DNA from: Mobula hypostoma
Lineage: Eukaryota
DNA length: 64,000 nucleotides
Direction of reading: 5' to 3'
Assembly (NCBI RefSeq): GCF_963921235.1
Contig: NC_086112.1
Span: forward strand, 42,532,001 to 42,596,000
Part shown: piece by piece, positions 50,198 through 62,886 of the stretch
Numbering within the stretch: position 1 is the first letter of the stretch
Layout: each line of letters begins with the position of its first letter
The notes under the pieces: model-generated
The model's input: the letters and a program-made list of their open reading frames with translations, nothing else
Database searches by the model: none
What the model was told of the DNA's origin: nothing
Made by a program: the position numbers and the translations under genes

Positions 50198-51849
50198 TTT
50201 AACTGGCAAGAAATGTGATGAATATGCAAGAATGCAGCTAGCCTGTAAGACAAGATGTTTTCCTTCAAGTTATTTTGTAAAACCACAATCCTCATATCAA
50301 CACCCCTTCACCATTAAGCTTTAAAATACCACAATTTTATAAAAACTTCATGGATGGTCCCAAGCCCAGCTGTGAAAGGGGAGTTGGGCATGTGACTAGA
50401 AATCCCGTTCCATAAAAAGCCGCAGGCAAAGAAACGCCAACAGAAGTTTCAAAGACCTTATCTCTGGGAGAGGAAGGATCATCAAAAAGGGGGCTGCATC
50501 CGGGGACAACTCCAGTGAGCAGCTGTCAGTGGCCTATACCCCAGTGGGGTTGATGGTCTCTACTAAGCAATCTAAAAACTGCTTTTCCAGAAGTAGCAAA
50601 CCCATGGAATTCTATGCCCTGGGAAGCAATAGAGGCATTTAAGATATTTTGCAGAACTAAGGAATTACAGAAAGATTTGTAGCACCGAATCCAGTCAAAT
50701 CAGTCATGACCTTATTGAAAAGAGCAGCAGGCTCAACAGGCCACATGGTCGATTTCCGCTCATTTCTTATGCTTTTTTAAATACATAAAATTGCTCAAAA
50801 TTTTAGATTCAATTCAAAGAATGCTACAACCACCATGTGGAAAATAATTCTAAACATGCATTCAGAAAAGATGGCTAAATTCTTGAATTGAATGTATTAA
50901 TGCGAAGACAAATCAGCTAACCCAACTACCTAATGTAGTATCTGCTGTTCAAACATACTATTTGTGAAACAGATTAAACACTCAAATAAGTAGCTGAACA
51001 TAATAGTATCCGCGATGCACAAAATCGCTGAGCAGCTTTACCAAGTTCATTTTTTTTTCACTACTGTGAATATTATCCAAAAAGAGAGGGCTGACAAATT
51101 AAAATATGCTCAGAATTACATGTCACTGTTACAAGGGACACTACAAAAATAAATTCACCACCAAATATTGGATACCGAACAATCCATAAAGCCACTTGGA
51201 TCATGAGTGTGATTACAATGAATTTTTAAATCTATATGAAATCTAGTTTGCATTAAGGCACCCCCACTGTCATTTTAGTTATTTTCAGCTAATTTGCTAA
51301 TCGGGATGACAATGCAAGGATACTGCTCCACACCAAAAAAAATCTACTTGAGCTGGAAACCTCTCAAACTAATGAAGAAATGCGTCACTATAAATTTGAG
51401 CACTGCACTCCAATTTAACAATAGGCAATGAAACCAGCGCATGATGCAAGTATATCCTTCCAATGTAAAGGTCGTTAGGGCTCTTTCGTTGACGACCTGA
51501 TAGGACATATTGCCCTAACACTGAGGTTAATCTTTTAGAACAAGGACGTGGACTAAAGCTTGACATACAGCGTCAATACGAACATTAGGAGGACAGTCAC
51601 TGACGTCATATGCCCAAATTATTCTCTATATTTGCGCTGTAACATCCATACAATCCTTAATCCTTCCCCTGAGCTGTCACGCATTTGTTTTAATGTCTGC
51701 ACGGAATCCACTAGTGATATGAAACTTCTGCTAATTTACATAGGCCATCAATACGTTACTATTGCAATACCAAGGTAGAAAATGAAGATTAAAAAGACTA
51801 CGGGATGCTTTGATATACTGCATGTTGAAATTTCCGAAAATCTGAAGGA

Positions 51850-53400
51850 GCACGTGCGCAAAACAAAACGCGATGGAGAGAGGCGGGTGACGGGTTAAAT
51901 CAGGCCACTCCGAAGGGCAAGCGGCGTTATCTCAGAACCTGAAATACACTAGGGCCGTCGTCAGAGGCAAGCGACGAACGATCCTTCCGAGGATGGGTTT
52001 TACCAAATGGACACGGGAGAAACAACTCTACACCTCGCTGAAGATTGCCGTGGGTCACGATGAAAACACACGCGCCATCTCCGGCCGCACCAGCCTCAAC
52101 GTGTGTAACGTACCGTCTTAAAATGGCGGCGACTATGAGACAGCGAAATGTGCCGAGCGAGGGATCACTTCCGGCCCGTAAAGCTACCGCCACCTCGCCG
52201 TCGACCCACAGCCCGAACCAACCCTCTCCCCCCTGCCCCGGCCCCCTACAACCGCCCAACACCCCGAAGCGGCGAGGCTGCCGAACTCTCCGACCACCCG
52301 AACAAGCACCGCTTCTCAAAATGGCGGCCAGGCACTCACACCAGGAGGCTGGCAATCGATTGCCTTTGCCTTGCCCCAGGAGGGCCGATAAACACGCCTG
52401 TCGCCATTTACCCCGTGACTTGACAAAGAGGAAGAGTCTAGCAACGATGACGACGGCAGGAGTTTTTTTTAAACCGAGGCCGTAGCCACCAGCCGCTCCA
52501 GGCCCGCAGTCCGGGGGACTCTATTGTTTCAAAAGGCTTAGAGTGGGGATTGGACAATTTCAAATTGGTCTTTTTTTAATCCGCACTTCCACCTTTCAAG
52601 ATGTAGCGCAAGAGCTCGCTAAAACTAAAATGTCTGCCACACCGCCCCCAACTTCTGCATTACCGCTGAAGCGCGTGCCGTTCAGCAGAACTTGGCATAA
52701 AATCGCTTTAAATTATAGCGCTGCTCATTTCGTTGAAAGCTTTAAAACGGATCTGTGAGGGGAAACAGCGGCGAACAATTAGAGTACAGCACGCGGATCG
52801 GTGCCCTTACTTACCAAAGCTAAACGCTGCGAAAGGAATCCGAGCTCAGCTTTAAACACAAGCGAAGCAAAATGGATCGCTTCGGTGTGGTGGCGAGCGT
52901 TTTACCCAGAAGCCCCGGCAGTCGCGCACTGATTGGTCCGGATACAAAGCTTTTTCTTAAACCGATGACGTAACTCGGGACATGGCTCGTTGTTATTCGT
53001 TTAGGCGCACGTCAATCAAAACCGTCATCGAGCCCGCACTCTCGTCTCTCTCCCTTTATGAAGTTATTATATAAAATACATGATGTGCGTGCTTTCTTCT
53101 ATAATTCTTTACATCGTTTACTTCTAAAAAATGCTTATAACTACGATCGTGTTAATAATTGTCTGATGTAAATTCTGTTTCGCATATTTTTGGGAAAGAG
53201 CGTACCGTGAAAGAGCTCACGGATGGTAAAGAAAGTAAAGCATCGCGATATTTGGCGGTGCCGCGCGTTTGGCGCGCAATTCGGGGCGTTGCGGTGTGAT
53301 GGCGGGCGGTTAGTGCAGCCGGAGTGGGAAGCGGAGGACGTGTTGTGGGCATTGGTTGGTAGCAACCTTTGTATCTGCTTTTTGCTGGTCATTGTAGGAA
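51850..53400. promoter_or_regulatory. CpG island / bidirectional promoter HNRNPK-RMI1
   Basis: YY1 AAAATGGCGG at about 52120 and 52318; ETS ACTTCCGG at 52167; CCAAT (minus) at 52932-52936; CRE-like TGACGTAA at 52966; E2F TTTGGCGC at 53268-53275 on the RMI1 side. Confidence 0.8.
52815..52900 (-). other. HNRNPK: Candidate non-coding exon 1 of HNRNPK (5' boundary approximate)
   Basis: Donor TTG|GTAAGT at 52814-52809, just downstream of the CCAAT and CRE-like sites. Confidence 0.6.
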
Positions 53401-54239
53401 ATATCGCGCTAATGATTTTATCTAAAGGCCCTTAATAAGTAACTTTGTTCCCATAGACTATATCACTGCTTTGGTTTAAATACAATAGCAATATTTCAAA
53501 CTCAGCCTGTTAAGGTTTGGTATATTTTTTGTGCCCCGTGTCTTCAGCTGCTCCTGATTTTTAACGTTTCCGTATGAAGCAATATAAAAAATAACTTTTG
53601 GAAAGCATACGGCAACGGGGCGGAGTCAGTGGAGAGAGAAATTATTATATAAACAAAGTGTCAGGTCTTTGACCTTCCACCAGAACCATCGACCTGAAAC
53701 TTTTCTACTCCAGAGACAATGTGACAGACTCGATGGTTTCCAGCGTATTTTGTCTTTATTGATACTGGAATATTTAGTTAATGTTTATAATTGTGCACTA
53801 GATGAAATAATGAATTTTCTTCAAAGAAAGAGGGAAATGTATGAAATGTCACTTGTCTGTAGCTAGAAAACATGATAATAATCAAATAGCAATATTATGG
53901 GGAAAGCTTTTGAGGGTCTTGTAGTACATATAGTTTGCATTGAATGCATCAGGGTAATCTAGGGCTAATCTTTGCATTTATTAAATCCACTGTATAGAAA
54001 GTTAATAAAAGATATTGAGGGTATGGTAGATCAATATAGAAACAACATCTTCGTGATGTGTTGGTAAGACCAACTAAAAGTCAGTTGTATTAGTATTACA
54101 TTGGAGTAAAGAGAATTATAGAGGCATGAGGGAGGGGCTGGTTGAAGTTGTTTGCAAAGGGATAATGGCAGAATAGCAATGGCTGGTGTTTCTGGAAGCA
54201 GTTTGGAAGGCGTGAAATAGATACATCCCAAAACAGAAG

Positions 54240-54337
54240 TAGTCCTGCTGAAGGTTCTTGGCCTGAAACATTGACTGCTCTTTTCCATAGATGCTACCTG
54301 GCCTTCTGAGTTCCTCCAGCATTTTGTGTGTGTTGCT
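54240..54337 (+). mobile_element. Penelope-derived terminal repeat with decayed hammerhead
   Basis: agtc-CTGCTGA-aggttcttggcct-GAAACATT-gact followed by the family tail. Confidence 0.65.
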
Positions 54338-54339
54338 TG

Positions 54340-55745
54340 AAGTATTCTAAAGGCAGGATATGGCTGACAAGGGAAGTCAAAGAACATAAAAGCAAAAGAG
54401 AGAATATATGATTGAGCAAAAATTAATGGGATATTAGGGGATTAAGATGTTTTTAGACACCAACAGAAGGCAACTAAAAGAGCCATAAGGAGGGAGAAGA
54501 TGAAAGATAAAGGCAAGCTAGCCAATAATATCAAAAACGATACCAAATATATGAAGAATCAAAAAAAGGCGACATATAAGGTGGCTGGAGAGGTAGCAAC
54601 GGCGAAAAGGAAATGGAGGACGAACTGAATAAGTACTTTGCATCATTCTGCACGGTGGAAGACACTAGCAGTATACCGTAAGTTCAAGAGTGTCAGGGCA
54701 GAAGTGAGTGCAGTAGCTCTTGCTGTGGAGTGGGTGCTTGGGAGGCCTGAAGGTAGATAAGTGACCTGGACCAGATGGACTACACCACAGGGTTCTGAAC
54801 AAGGCAGCTGAAGAGATTGTGGAGGCATTAATGGTGATCTTCCAAGAATCACTAGATTCTGGTACAGTCTTGAGGACTGGAAAATTGCAAATATCACTCC
54901 ACTTTTAAGGAAGGGAGGGAGGCTGAAGAGAAGAAATTATAGGCCAGTTAGCCTGACCTCAGTGGTTGAAAAGATGTTGGAATCAATTGTTAAGTGTGAG
55001 GTCTTGGGGTACTTGGAGGCTCATGATAAAATGGGCCAAAGCCAGCATTGTTTCTTTGAGGGACTTAGTCCTTGTGTGGACTTCCCTAAAGGTTAACTTG
55101 CAAATTGAGTTGATGGTCAAGAAGGAAATGTTAGCATTCATTTCAAGAGGACTAGAATGTAAAAGCAAGGATGTAGTGCTGAGGGTTTATAATGCATTGG
55201 CAAGCTTTCACTTGGAGTATCATGAGCAGTTTTGAGCCCTTTATCTAAGAAAGGATGTGCTGACACGGGAGAGGGTTCACAGGAGAATGATTCCTGGAAT
55301 GAAAGGGTTATCGTATGATGAGTGATGTTTTTGCATCTGTACTCACTGGAATTTAGAAGAAGGAGTATCTCATTGAAATCTAGCGATTGTTGAAAGGTCT
55401 AGATGGAATGGATGTGGAGAGGATGTTTCCAATAGTGGGGGAATCTAGGACCAGATGGTATAGTCTCAAAATAGAGGGACATCCATTTAGAACGGAGAAG
55501 AGGAGGAATTTCTTTAGACAGGTGGTGGTGAATCTGCACTTCATTGCCACAGGTGGCTTGGGGGCCAGATTATTAGGTGTATTTAAGGTGGAAGTTGATA
55601 AGCTCTTGATTAGCAAAGGTGTGAAAGGTTATGGGGGGGAAGGCAGGAGAATGGGGTTGAAAGGGAAAGTAGATCAGCTATGATGAAATAGCAGAGCAGA
55701 CGCAATGAGCCGAATGGCCTAATTCTGCTCTTATGTCATTTGATG
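54340..55745 (+). mobile_element. Degraded CR1 ORF2 fragment in an RMI1 5' intron
   Basis: NYRPVSL and MLAFISRGLE-type motifs plus a CR1 3' UTR. Confidence 0.75.
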
Positions 55746-56782
55746 GTATTAAATGTAACGTTAAATTGATAGCTTTTCTGCACTGAATGTCAAAAAGGTT
55801 CTGTAAATAAACTGCCACTTTAGTGATGTTTATTTTCGTCCTGGCAATCACTAATCTACAAAGAAAATACATAGGTGATAACTGCGATCTGCTTCATGAG
55901 GATAACTTGATTCTTCCCATAAATCCAGTTATCAAATGTGTTTGGAGTGAAGAGGGAGAGGATGTCATATTATGGCAATAAATTAATAAGAATATGAGAA
56001 TAAGTTAAATATTCTAGCAGACACCAGGATGTTCCATTGCACGACTGGAAAATGTTAATAGTGATCAGCGCACTAACAATTACCCCACCTGTGGCAAAAG
56101 TCACCAAATGTTTTAGGAGAAATTGTAAACAAAATACAACTGAACAAAACAAAGGAAACTGCCAAGGATGATGATAGAAATAATAACTTAAATTAACCAA
56201 GATGTCATAAACTTGGAAACAGTACAAAGATTGTGATATTAATTGGAGATATTTAAGGAATTTAAATCTCTGCTGTATTTGTATAGCCAAAGTGAGGCCA
56301 TCAGTATGGTGCTGGTGAGTAAGTATCTATTATAAGTTATACTTTCTTTAGGTGGGTGGGAGAAGAATTGGGAATACATCTGTGGGCATATAAGAGAGTA
56401 GGCTGTAGGGAAGTTAATACAGGAATGGGATTGCACTGCAATATGGAATGGACTAAAATAGCTACCTCCTATATAACAAGAATACAATAAAAAGTTGGTA
56501 TTTATTTAGTGTTTATTTTTAATTTCAGTGCTCCAAAACAATTTATAAAATACTTTTGAAATGCAATCTCTATTTCATTTTGAAAATATTTCCACTTTGA
56601 ACTGTCAAATGTTACTTTGTGTAATGTGCAACGTAATGAACATCAATTTCAGAAACCACACTATATTGGTGACCCATTAAGCTATTAAAATGCAGCTACT
56701 AGTAGTAATATCAGTAAAGTTTTTTGTGATTCTTCAGGTCTCGTGGATTTTAAGAACATGAAGTTCAAGATAGAAAATTGAA

Positions 56783-58729
56783 ATGATTTCTGCAAGAGTA
56801 GAAACATGGCTGGAAGCAACATGGCATGTCAAAGTTCCTTCGCATTGGCTTCAAGCATGCTTAGATTGGATTCAACAAGAGAACCAAGGTACTAATTTAA
56901 CACAGGCCGTTATCAATAAACAAGTATTTGAGCAATGGCTTCTTACTGACCTCAGGGATCTGGACTACCAAATTTTGCCAGATGGAATCTCAGAAATGCA
57001 TAAAAGTGAGCTCAGTGGATTTTACTGTTTGCAAGTTGATTCATTGGTTGATGTCAGTCAACCTGCATACAGCCAGCTGCAAAAAGTTAGGGGTAAGGAC
57101 ATCACTAATGAACAAGTAACTTCAACAGAAATATCTCAGAGATCTTGGGAAGCCAAACCAACTAGAATGTTAATGTTGCAATTAACTGATGGAGTCCAGG
57201 AGCTCCAAGCAATGGAATACCAACCTGTAACTGCTCTTCATTGCAACCTATCACCGGGCACAAAAATCTTGTTGCTGGGTAATATTGCTTGCCGATTAGG
57301 AGTCCTGCTGCTGAAACCTGAAAATGTGAGGGTCCTTGGGGGTGAAGTGGAGACCCTTGTGGAAGAAAATTCCAAAGAGAGAATACTTGCAAGGTTAATT
57401 GGAGAATCAGATGATGCTGCTGTAACAAGAATGAATAGTAATGGTCAACCTATTGTTGAAAGGACTAATGGGATGCCACTACTGCTGGAACCTTCCGATG
57501 ATGAGCTATTAGCTGGCTTTGATGATGATGATCTGTTTTTGGACCCCAATTTGGATTCTGAAAGTGGATATGGTAGTAAGACAGGCAATTTGAGCAGTGT
57601 CTCAGATAGTATACAGCACCCAATCAGTGCTCTGGATGATCAAGAGCAACACAGGGAGTGCCAGTCATCACAAATGTCCAGAGAATTTCGAAGCGAAGAT
57701 TTACAAGACAATGTTGATGAAGATTTTGATGAGTTTCCCTTGGATGAACTTGATGATGATTTGTTTACTACGGAAATGGAGCCAACTGGAGAAATAAATA
57801 AATCCCCTAAATCTCACATATTGTTAGCAGGGGAATTGCAGAGAAGTAATAAAAGATGCATTGAATTTGTGGGAGAAAATAGCAAATCTAGCCTATGTCA
57901 AGAGCCAAGTGTAAAAGCTGTTGATATCTGTTCTGACCAGAGGTTACAAAGCCATCTTAAACATTTTACAAGCAGTAGATATACTGAAAATGCAGAGGAG
58001 TGTTCCATGCTAGGTAATTTAAATACTCAAAATTCACACTGTTTACTAAGAAAATCAGGCATTAACTCTGTGGATAGAAATATAAATATTGCCACTATGG
58101 AACAAGAATATAAACAGCATGTGGTATGTGACCTCCCTGACAAGAGACTATTTCATGTCACTAATTCTGAAAATGTGTATGTTACATCTGAATTAATTAG
58201 AAAATCTTCCAGCAGTGGAGATAGTAGTAAACAAACTTGTGAGCAAATAGGCAACTCAAAAGGAACAAGATATCACAGTGGTTCAATAGAATTGAAATCT
58301 CCACCATTTACATATCTAAAAATTCTTTTGGATAAGAAGCCTGATGTAAAAACTGTGGTACAAATCAAAGGCTTCATTGTTACATTACTTGACAAACTTA
58401 CAAGTAATAGTGGTCTTTGGAGCATCAGAGCTAAAATATCAGATGGTACTGCCTACATGGATGTGGAACTTGAGGATGACATTTTAAGAAATCTAATTGG
58501 TTTCTCAGTAGATGAAATGAGAGTCTCAATAAAATGCCCCAACAAACAGAAAGAAGTGACTGCAGGGTTGCAGAAATGCCAACAGGAGTTGGTGGACCTT
58601 TGTTGTCTGATGACCATTGAATTTAATCCAATTCTTACTACTGCTAGAATTGTGACTCTCCATGAAGTAAGTGTAGATGATCTACAAGCATTGAAACATC
58701 GTGTACACAAAGAAAAGATTGTTAGATAG
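56783..58729 (+). CDS. RMI1: RecQ-mediated genome instability protein 1 (BTR complex), single coding exon, 648 aa
   Basis: WLQACLDWI, VFEQWLLTDLRDL, RMLMLQLTDG..AMEYQP (OB1), acidic linker, C-terminal PPFTYL...ISDGTAY (OB2). Acceptor cttcag at 56737; AATAAA at 58827-58832. Confidence 0.96.
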   Translation: MISARVETWLEATWHVKVPSHWLQACLDWIQQENQGTNLTQAVINKQVFEQWLLTDLRDLDYQILPDGISEMHKSELSGFYCLQVDSLVDVSQPAYSQLQKVRGKDITNEQVTSTEISQRSWEAKPTRMLMLQLTDGVQELQAMEYQPVTALHCNLSPGTKILLLGNIACRLGVLLLKPENVRVLGGEVETLVEENSKERILARLIGESDDAAVTRMNSNGQPIVERTNGMPLLLEPSDDELLAGFDDDDLFLDPNLDSESGYGSKTGNLSSVSDSIQHPISALDDQEQHRECQSSQMSREFRSEDLQDNVDEDFDEFPLDELDDDLFTTEMEPTGEINKSPKSHILLAGELQRSNKRCIEFVGENSKSSLCQEPSVKAVDICSDQRLQSHLKHFTSSRYTENAEECSMLGNLNTQNSHCLLRKSGINSVDRNINIATMEQEYKQHVVCDLPDKRLFHVTNSENVYVTSELIRKSSSSGDSSKQTCEQIGNSKGTRYHSGSIELKSPPFTYLKILLDKKPDVKTVVQIKGFIVTLLDKLTSNSGLWSIRAKISDGTAYMDVELEDDILRNLIGFSVDEMRVSIKCPNKQKEVTAGLQKCQQELVDLCCLMTIEFNPILTTARIVTLHEVSVDDLQALKHRVHKEKIVR

Positions 58730-59261
58730 TTAACTAACTGGTGATATTGCCATATGTTCTCTCATGACGTGTTTAATCAAATGAAAATTAAATGTTTTTA
58801 TGTTATTTGTGAAACTTACTATAAGGAATAAACTTTTCTAAAAAATACTTCAAATTTCTTCAGTTTTAAACTTCTAGCAGAATGAATTATCTTTGTGTTT
58901 ATTTGTAGTTTTTTGCCAAATGTAAGAAGACTAAAGTAATAGAAATTTTCAAATAATAGAAAGAAAATTCTGTTTGTTTTTGTCATAGAGTAATAAAGCC
59001 GGGAAACAGGCTCTTTGGCCTGCCTGATCCATGGTGACCACAGCTTCCTCCCTGGTAGTTCCAGTGGCCTGCATTCTGCCCGTAACCCTACAAGCCCCTC
59101 CTCTCCATATACCTATACAAATGCCTCTTAAGTGTTGTAATTGTATCTGCTCAACCGCTTCCTTTGGCATCTCATTTTGGTACTGTCTATCCTCTGTGTA
59201 AAGATGTTACCTCTCAGGTTTCTTAAATCTTTCCCTTCTTGTTCCACTTAGTTTAGGATTT

Positions 59262-60472
59262 AGAACTATGAAAATGGACAAGGGAGAGCCAGTGGATGTA
59301 GTGTACCTGGACTTTCAGAAAGCCTTTGATAAGGTCCCACATAGGAGATTAGTGGGCAAAATTAGAGCACCTGGTATTGGGGGTAGTGTACTGACATGGA
59401 TAGAAAATTGGTTGGCGGACAGGAAACAGAATAGGGATTAACGGGCCCCTTTCAGAATGGCAGGGGGTGACTAGTGGGGTACAGCAAGGCTCGGTGCTGG
59501 GACCGCAGCTATTTACAATATACATTAATAATTTAGATGAAGGGATTAAAAGTAACATTAGCAAATTTACAGATGACACGAAGCTGGGTGGCAGTGTGAA
59601 ATGTGCGGAGGGTGTTGAGATAATGCAGGATGACTTGGACAGGTTGGGTGAGTGGGCAGATGCAGTTTAATGTGTATAAATGTGAGGTTATCCACTTTGG
59701 TGGCAAGAACAGGAAGGCAGATTACTATTTGAATGGTGTCAAGTTAGGAAAAGGGGAAGTACAACGAGATCTAGGTGTACATCAGTCACTGAAAGCAAGC
59801 ATGCAGGTAAAGCAGGCATTGAAGAAAGCTAATGACATGTTGGTCTTCATAACAAGAGGAATTGAGTATAGGAGCAAAGAGGTCCTTCTGCAGTTGTACA
59901 GGGCCCTGGTGAGACCACACCTGGAGTATTGTGTACAGTTTTGGTCTCCAAATTTGAGGAAGGACATTCTTGCTATTGAGGGAGTGCAGCGTAGGTTCAC
60001 GAGGTTAATTCCCGGGACGGCAGGACTGTCATATGTTGAAAGATTGGAGCGACTGGGCTTGTATACACTGGAATTGAGAAGGATGAGAGGGGATCTGATT
60101 GAAACATATAAGATTATTAAGGGATTGGACACGCTAGAGGTAGGAAACATGTTCCTGATGTTGGGGGAGTCCAGAGTCAGAGGCCGCAATTTGAGAATGA
60201 GGGGTAGGCCATTTAGAATGGAGTTGAGGAAAAACTTTTTCACCCAGGGAGTTGTGGATCCGTGGAATGCTCTGCCTTAGATGGCAGTGGAGGCCAATTC
60301 TCTGGATGCTTTCAAGAAAGAGTTAGATAGAGCTCTTAAAGATAGCGGAGTCAAGGGATATGGGGAGAAGGCAAGAACGGGGTACTGATTGTGGATGATC
60401 AGCCATGATCACAGTGAATGGCAGTGCTGGTTTGAAAGGCCGAATGGCCTACTCCTGCACCTATTGTCTATT
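59262..60472 (+). mobile_element. 5'-truncated CR1
   Basis: DFQKAFDKVPH, GVQQGSVLGP, KFTDDT, RPHLEYCVQFWSP and 3' UTR. Confidence 0.88.
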
Positions 60473-60479
60473 GATTTCC

Positions 60480-60885
60480 CCGATTCTGGTGGAAAGAATA
60501 TGACCACCTTATTGATATTCCTTATGATTACATAAACTTCTTTGAGATCAACCCTCATTCTGCACGCCAGGAACTAAAGATCTAGTGTGGCCAACCTCCC
60601 CCTACAACTCAGACCCTCTAGTCCAGGGCACCATCCTCGTAAATCCCTTCTGCACCCTCTCCAGCTTGACAATGTCTTTACTATAATAGGGTGACCAAAA
60701 CTGTACACAATCCCCAAGTGTGTCCTCACCAAAGGCTTTATAGCTGCAACAAAAGATCTCAGTCTTGAACTTGATGCCTTGACTGATGAAGGCCAGCATG
60801 CTAAATAATTTCTGACCTCTTCTGTGGCCACATTCAGTGAACTATATACTTGTACTACCAGGTACCTCTGTTCCATTACACTTGA
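60480..60885 (-). mobile_element. Older CR1 3' fragment
   Basis: MLAFISQGI...CVQFWSPYY. Confidence 0.7.
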
Positions 60886-61379
60886 CACTGCCTTGCCATT
60901 TAATCAGATGCCACTTTATTAGTTATACCTACTTGTTAATTCAATTATCTAATCAGACAATCACGTGGCATCAACTCAATGCATATAAACATGCAGACAT
61001 GGTTAAGAAGTTCAAATACCAGTCCAAATATTAGAATAGGGACACGTGATCCAAGTGACTAACCATGGAAAGATTATTGGCGCTAGATGTGGTGGCTTGA
61101 GTATCTCAGAATCTGCTGATCTGGAATTTTCACGCACAATAGTCTCTTAAGAATTTACAGAAAAGGGTGTGAAAAACTATGCAGGAGGGGCAGGATATTG
61201 TTTTAGACATAATAGAGTGGGAGGGATTAAAGGGGGGGGAGGGGTGGTGTTACTAGTCAGGGAAACTAGCATGGTAGTGCTCAGATTGAAGAGCTCAGTC
61301 TGCTGGTAGTATACAATGCATGTCTGACTCCATGAGGAAGAGCATCATTATTCTCACCTACGGCTAGAAGGGCAAAAGA

Positions 61380-62770
61380 GGTGACATCAGAGTTTGGAGG
61401 CCCATTTCCCTGATGAATGTAGCTATAAGATCGTGTCCAAAGCCATTGCCAGGAGGGTCAAGTCTGTTCTGGGAGAGGTGATCCACCCAGATCAAACCTG
61501 TGCTGTATCTGGCAGGAAGATCTTCGGCAGCCTCGTGCTGCTAGGGACACCATCTCCTAAATGCAGGACAGGGGGGTGGATGCTTGCCTGGTCAGCTTGG
61601 ACCCAGCAAAATTCTTTGTCAGGGTATCACACACGTATATGATGGTTGTGCTTTCCAAAATGGGCTTTTGGGAAGATGCTGGTGTCTGATTTAGAAGGAC
61701 TAAGGTGAGCCATAAAAATTGGCTGGAGCAGACAGGGAAGGCAAAACAGGAATTGGGATTATAGGGAGGGCACTCCCTATCGATTACCGGGAAGAGCCTG
61801 GTCATCAGGTGTGATGTGCTCTCAGTACTGCTGTATGCGGTGCATCTTTAGCCCCTGCTCCTCTGGATTGGGAATCACCTGAGCTGTCTTTAGGTTCATC
61901 TGGGGATCCAAGATGGAGTAGTTAGAGGGGCCACAATGCACAAGTCCCTGGAAAATGGGCAAAAACATACCCAATGTTGGCCTCACCCTGATAACTACCC
62001 CGCTGTGTGACTGTATCAGGCTGTGCATACAGCCTAAATACTTGAACTCCAAGTACCACTATGTTCCAAGGTTCTATATGTCCGCGGTGCTGTAAAGGAT
62101 GGGTCTGGCCCCATTGCTGTGCAATGTCACAGTCAGCTGGACAATGCTGCACTACCTGTCTTTTATTGAAGAGACCAAGACCTTTGACTAAAAGTCCATC
62201 AGGCAGTGATCAGCAAGGAACATCCTGCCAACACTGCAGGAGTAGGACTTGATAAACATAGTGGGTGGTTTCTTGAGCAGAGTGTCCAGACCATCTGGCA
62301 GAATGCCTCATCGCCAGGCCACACCAACAAGCAGCAAGACCTTTCCTGGCTGGCAGTGAGAGGGGTTCTCCCAGTCATATCGTTCCCGCATATCTGGAGC
62401 AACATTCCCATAACGTACTGCCCGCAGGATGACTATGGTGGGGAAGGGACAGTCGCTCACCTCTGTAGACTGGATTTACAAAGAAGGTATGGTGAAAGCT
62501 GAAAGGGCCTGTGTCGCAGTTTATCCAGAGCAGCTGTGTGAAAGAGATTTACGGGTTGTTTTCATGGACACACAGAGAGACAAAACATCAAGTGCTGCTG
62601 GTTGATCATCAATTCGGTGAAAGACGCTCTTTGGTTTGCCCAAAACTTGGTCTGCCAGCACATTGAGACATCCGTGGAGAAATGCTTCGGACTGGCACAT
62701 TCTAGGCTGCAGGTATACATTTTGGGGTATGCATTGCACTTGGTGCAACCACTACAAGGCTTCGGTGGAG
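61380..62770 (+). mobile_element. Degraded Tx1/L1-clade LINE ORF2 fragments
   Basis: YKIVSKAIARRVKSVLGEVIHPDQTCAVSGRKI; C-terminal QDLSWLAVRGVLPV...CP. Confidence 0.65.
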
Positions 62771-62886
62771 AAGGATCACAGTCCTACTGGAGAGGGAGAG
62801 ACCGGGTTGGGGGAGGAAACCTAATCATTATTGTAGCAGTATACCGCTGCAGAGTGCCACTCAAGTGGCAGCAGTACGTTCGTGTA

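Noticed and set aside
51927-53435. ORFs of 66-146 aa in the HNRNPK/RMI1 promoter
   Set aside because: CpG-island artefacts with no domain similarity that I can recognise.
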